The position numbers and the translations under genes are program-made. A stretch of DNA of 62,601 nt, counting the filler. It is 5 parts of 5 records of this genome, joined end to end, with 100 filler letters (N's around TTAATTAATTAA, not from the genome) between each part and the next. Parts side by side here need not be neighbours in the genome. Positions count along the whole stretch, not along the records: positions 41,567 to 62,601 come from DRR378314_1443; 4 more parts are not named here. One strand, written 5' to 3'. Of the stretch, positions 60,915 through 62,601 are shown in pieces (within the stretch, counting starts at the first letter, position 1; each line of letters opens with the position of its first letter). The notes below the pieces were generated by a model. The model was not told where the DNA came from. It saw nothing but the letters and a program-made list of their open reading frames with translations, and ran no database searches.

Positions 60915-62431
60915 GCGAGCAGGCTTTCCCCGGTCATTTCCTCTGGCTTTTCCAGCCCCATTAGCGCCAGCAGGGTCGGCGCCAGGTCCGCCAGCCGCCC
61001 ATCGTGCAAGGCAACACCCTCGGGGCCATTTACCAGAGCAACAGGAACGAGGTTGGTTGTATGCGCCGTATGGGCGCCGCCGGTATCCGGGTCCACCATC
61101 AGCTCGCAATTGCCGTGGTCGGCGGTGACGATCATCGCGCCACCGGCGGCCTTCAGCGCCGTAACCACCGCCCCAAGCCCCTTGTCCACCGCCTCGCAGG
61201 CCTTGATCGCCGCGTCCAGATCGCCAGTGTGACCGACCATGTCCGGGTTGGCGTAGTTGGTGACGATGAGGTCATAGCCCGCCTTGATCGCCGCCACGAA
61301 TTTCTCGGTCACCTCGGGGGCGGACATTTCCGGCTGCAGATCATAGGTCGCCACCTTGGGCGATTTGGGCATCGCACGGTCCTCGCCCACCTCGGGTGTT
61401 TCTTTGCCGCCGTTGAGGAAGAAGGTCACATGCGGATATTTCTCGGTCTCGGCGAGGCGGAACTGGGTCTTGCCCTGCTTGGCCACCCATTCGCCCAGCG
61501 TGTTGACGATCGCCTTTTTCGGATATGCCGTAGTCATGTAGCCGTTGTGATCGGCAGAATACTCCACCATGCCCAAGAGCGCGGCAAGGTCGGGGCGCGG
61601 CCCGCTGTCGAAGTCGGTGAAATCGGGCTCTCCGATGGCGCGCAGGATCTCGCGGGCGCGGTCGGCGCGGAAGTTGAGGCAAAAGACCCCGTCGCCATCC
61701 TGCATGCCGTCATAATCTGCCACCACCGTGGCCTTGATGAACTCGTCCAGCTCCTCACGCGCGTAGGCATCCTCGACCGCCGCTTTTGCGGTCTGCGCGG
61801 TGAACTGGCCCCTGCCGTGGACCATCGCCTCATAGGCCTGGCTCACCCGCTCCCAGCGGTTGTCGCGATCCATTGCGAAATAACGCCCGGTGACGCTGGC
61901 GATCCGTGCGCCCTCCGCCAGTCCGGCCTCAAGCTGCTCCAGATAGCCTAGCGCCGATTTGGGTGCCACATCACGCCCATCGGTCATGGCATGCAGCCAG
62001 ACCGGCACACCCGCATCGCGGATCGCCTTCACCGCCGCGAGGATATGGGTGACATGGCCATGCACGCCGCCATCGGAAACCAGCCCCATCAGATGTGCCG
62101 CCCCACCGGTGTCTTTCAACTTGGCAATGAAGGCCTGCAGTGCGTCATTGTCAAAGAACGACCCATCCTCGATCGCCAGGTCGATCTGGCCCAGATCCAT
62201 CGCCACCACCCGGCCCGCGCCGATATTGGTGTGACCGACCTCGGAATTGCCCATCTGGCCGGAGGGCAGTCCGACATCGGGACCATGGGTAATGAGGCGG
62301 GCAGCCGGGCCGTCTGCCATGATCGCATCCAGCGTCGGGGTCTCTGCCAGATAGGGCGCGTTGGCCGGTCCCGGCGCGGCGCTGCCCCAGCCATCCAGAA
62401 TGCAAAGAACGACAGGTTTGGGTGCGGGCAT
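60911..62431 (-). CDS. gpmI: 2,3-bisphosphoglycerate-independent phosphoglycerate mutase
   Basis: ILDGWG, GQMGNSEVGH, SDGGVH, AETEKYPHVTFF, NPDMVGHTG and TADHGN motifs. Confidence 0.97.
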   Translation of the reverse strand: MPAPKPVVLCILDGWGSAAPGPANAPYLAETPTLDAIMADGPAARLITHGPDVGLPSGQMGNSEVGHTNIGAGRVVAMDLGQIDLAIEDGSFFDNDALQAFIAKLKDTGGAAHLMGLVSDGGVHGHVTHILAAVKAIRDAGVPVWLHAMTDGRDVAPKSALGYLEQLEAGLAEGARIASVTGRYFAMDRDNRWERVSQAYEAMVHGRGQFTAQTAKAAVEDAYAREELDEFIKATVVADYDGMQDGDGVFCLNFRADRAREILRAIGEPDFTDFDSGPRPDLAALLGMVEYSADHNGYMTTAYPKKAIVNTLGEWVAKQGKTQFRLAETEKYPHVTFFLNGGKETPEVGEDRAMPKSPKVATYDLQPEMSAPEVTEKFVAAIKAGYDLIVTNYANPDMVGHTGDLDAAIKACEAVDKGLGAVVTALKAAGGAMIVTADHGNCELMVDPDTGGAHTAHTTNLVPVALVNGPEGVALHDGRLADLAPTLLALMGLEKPEEMTGESLLA

Positions 62432-62601
62432 GTTTCGTCTCCGGTCAGCGACAGTGGTTTGATCCGGGTTCTACAGCCTGTGACGCGGTTGGGAAACCGG
62501 CGAGTGCGATCTCGGCAGTTTTGTGACACCGGGCCCTGCGGTATTTGCACATCGCAAGCGGCACGCGATGCGCAGCGCGCCGCCAGGCGCGCTGCCGGGC
62601 C

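Noticed and set aside
16615-62550. Many long alternative-frame ORFs (e.g. 16615-17694 -, 22173-23474 +, 51144-52424 +, 58397-59824 +)
   Set aside because: They are antisense or off-frame shadows of well-supported genes in high-GC DNA, with no recognisable motifs.

Overview
The window is not one locus. It is five unrelated contigs joined by artificial 100-bp linkers (N44-TTAATTAATTAA-N44 at 9484-9583, 16333-16432, 31034-31133, 41467-41566). Contig 1 (1-9483) looks Halomonadaceae-like (tentative). It carries a LysR-regulated catabolic operon (class III aminotransferase, 3-oxoacid CoA-transferase A/B, ArgE-type deacylase, thiolase, NhaC-family transporter, Usp). Contigs 2, 3 and 5 are Roseobacteraceae-like core genome (ileS, ycjXF, truA, gcvP; dcd, scpAB, nagZ, argS, dgt, erpA, xth; zapE, folC, accD, ada, ctpA, envC, gpmI). 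Contig 4 (31134-41466) is intron-rich eukaryotic DNA (GT71-like mannosyltransferase, VMA21, CAMK-group kinase). The best candidate for an undescribed system is a three-gene cassette between erpA and xth (27390-29734, minus strand). It encodes a 73-aa peptide with three copies of G-x4-[LM]-[VY]-S-S-T-C-[LI], a 354-aa protein of unknown function and a translationally coupled EamA exporter, which together suggest a multi-core RiPP-like cluster. Other highlights: an unannotated Ile-rich leader peptide upstream of ileS, a possible N-acetyl-beta-amino-acid (e.g. N6-acetyl-beta-lysine) catabolic pathway, a small four-Cys protein behind an Irr-like box, and a degenerate ABC-cNMP fusion. All calls are from motif recognition only; no searches were run.
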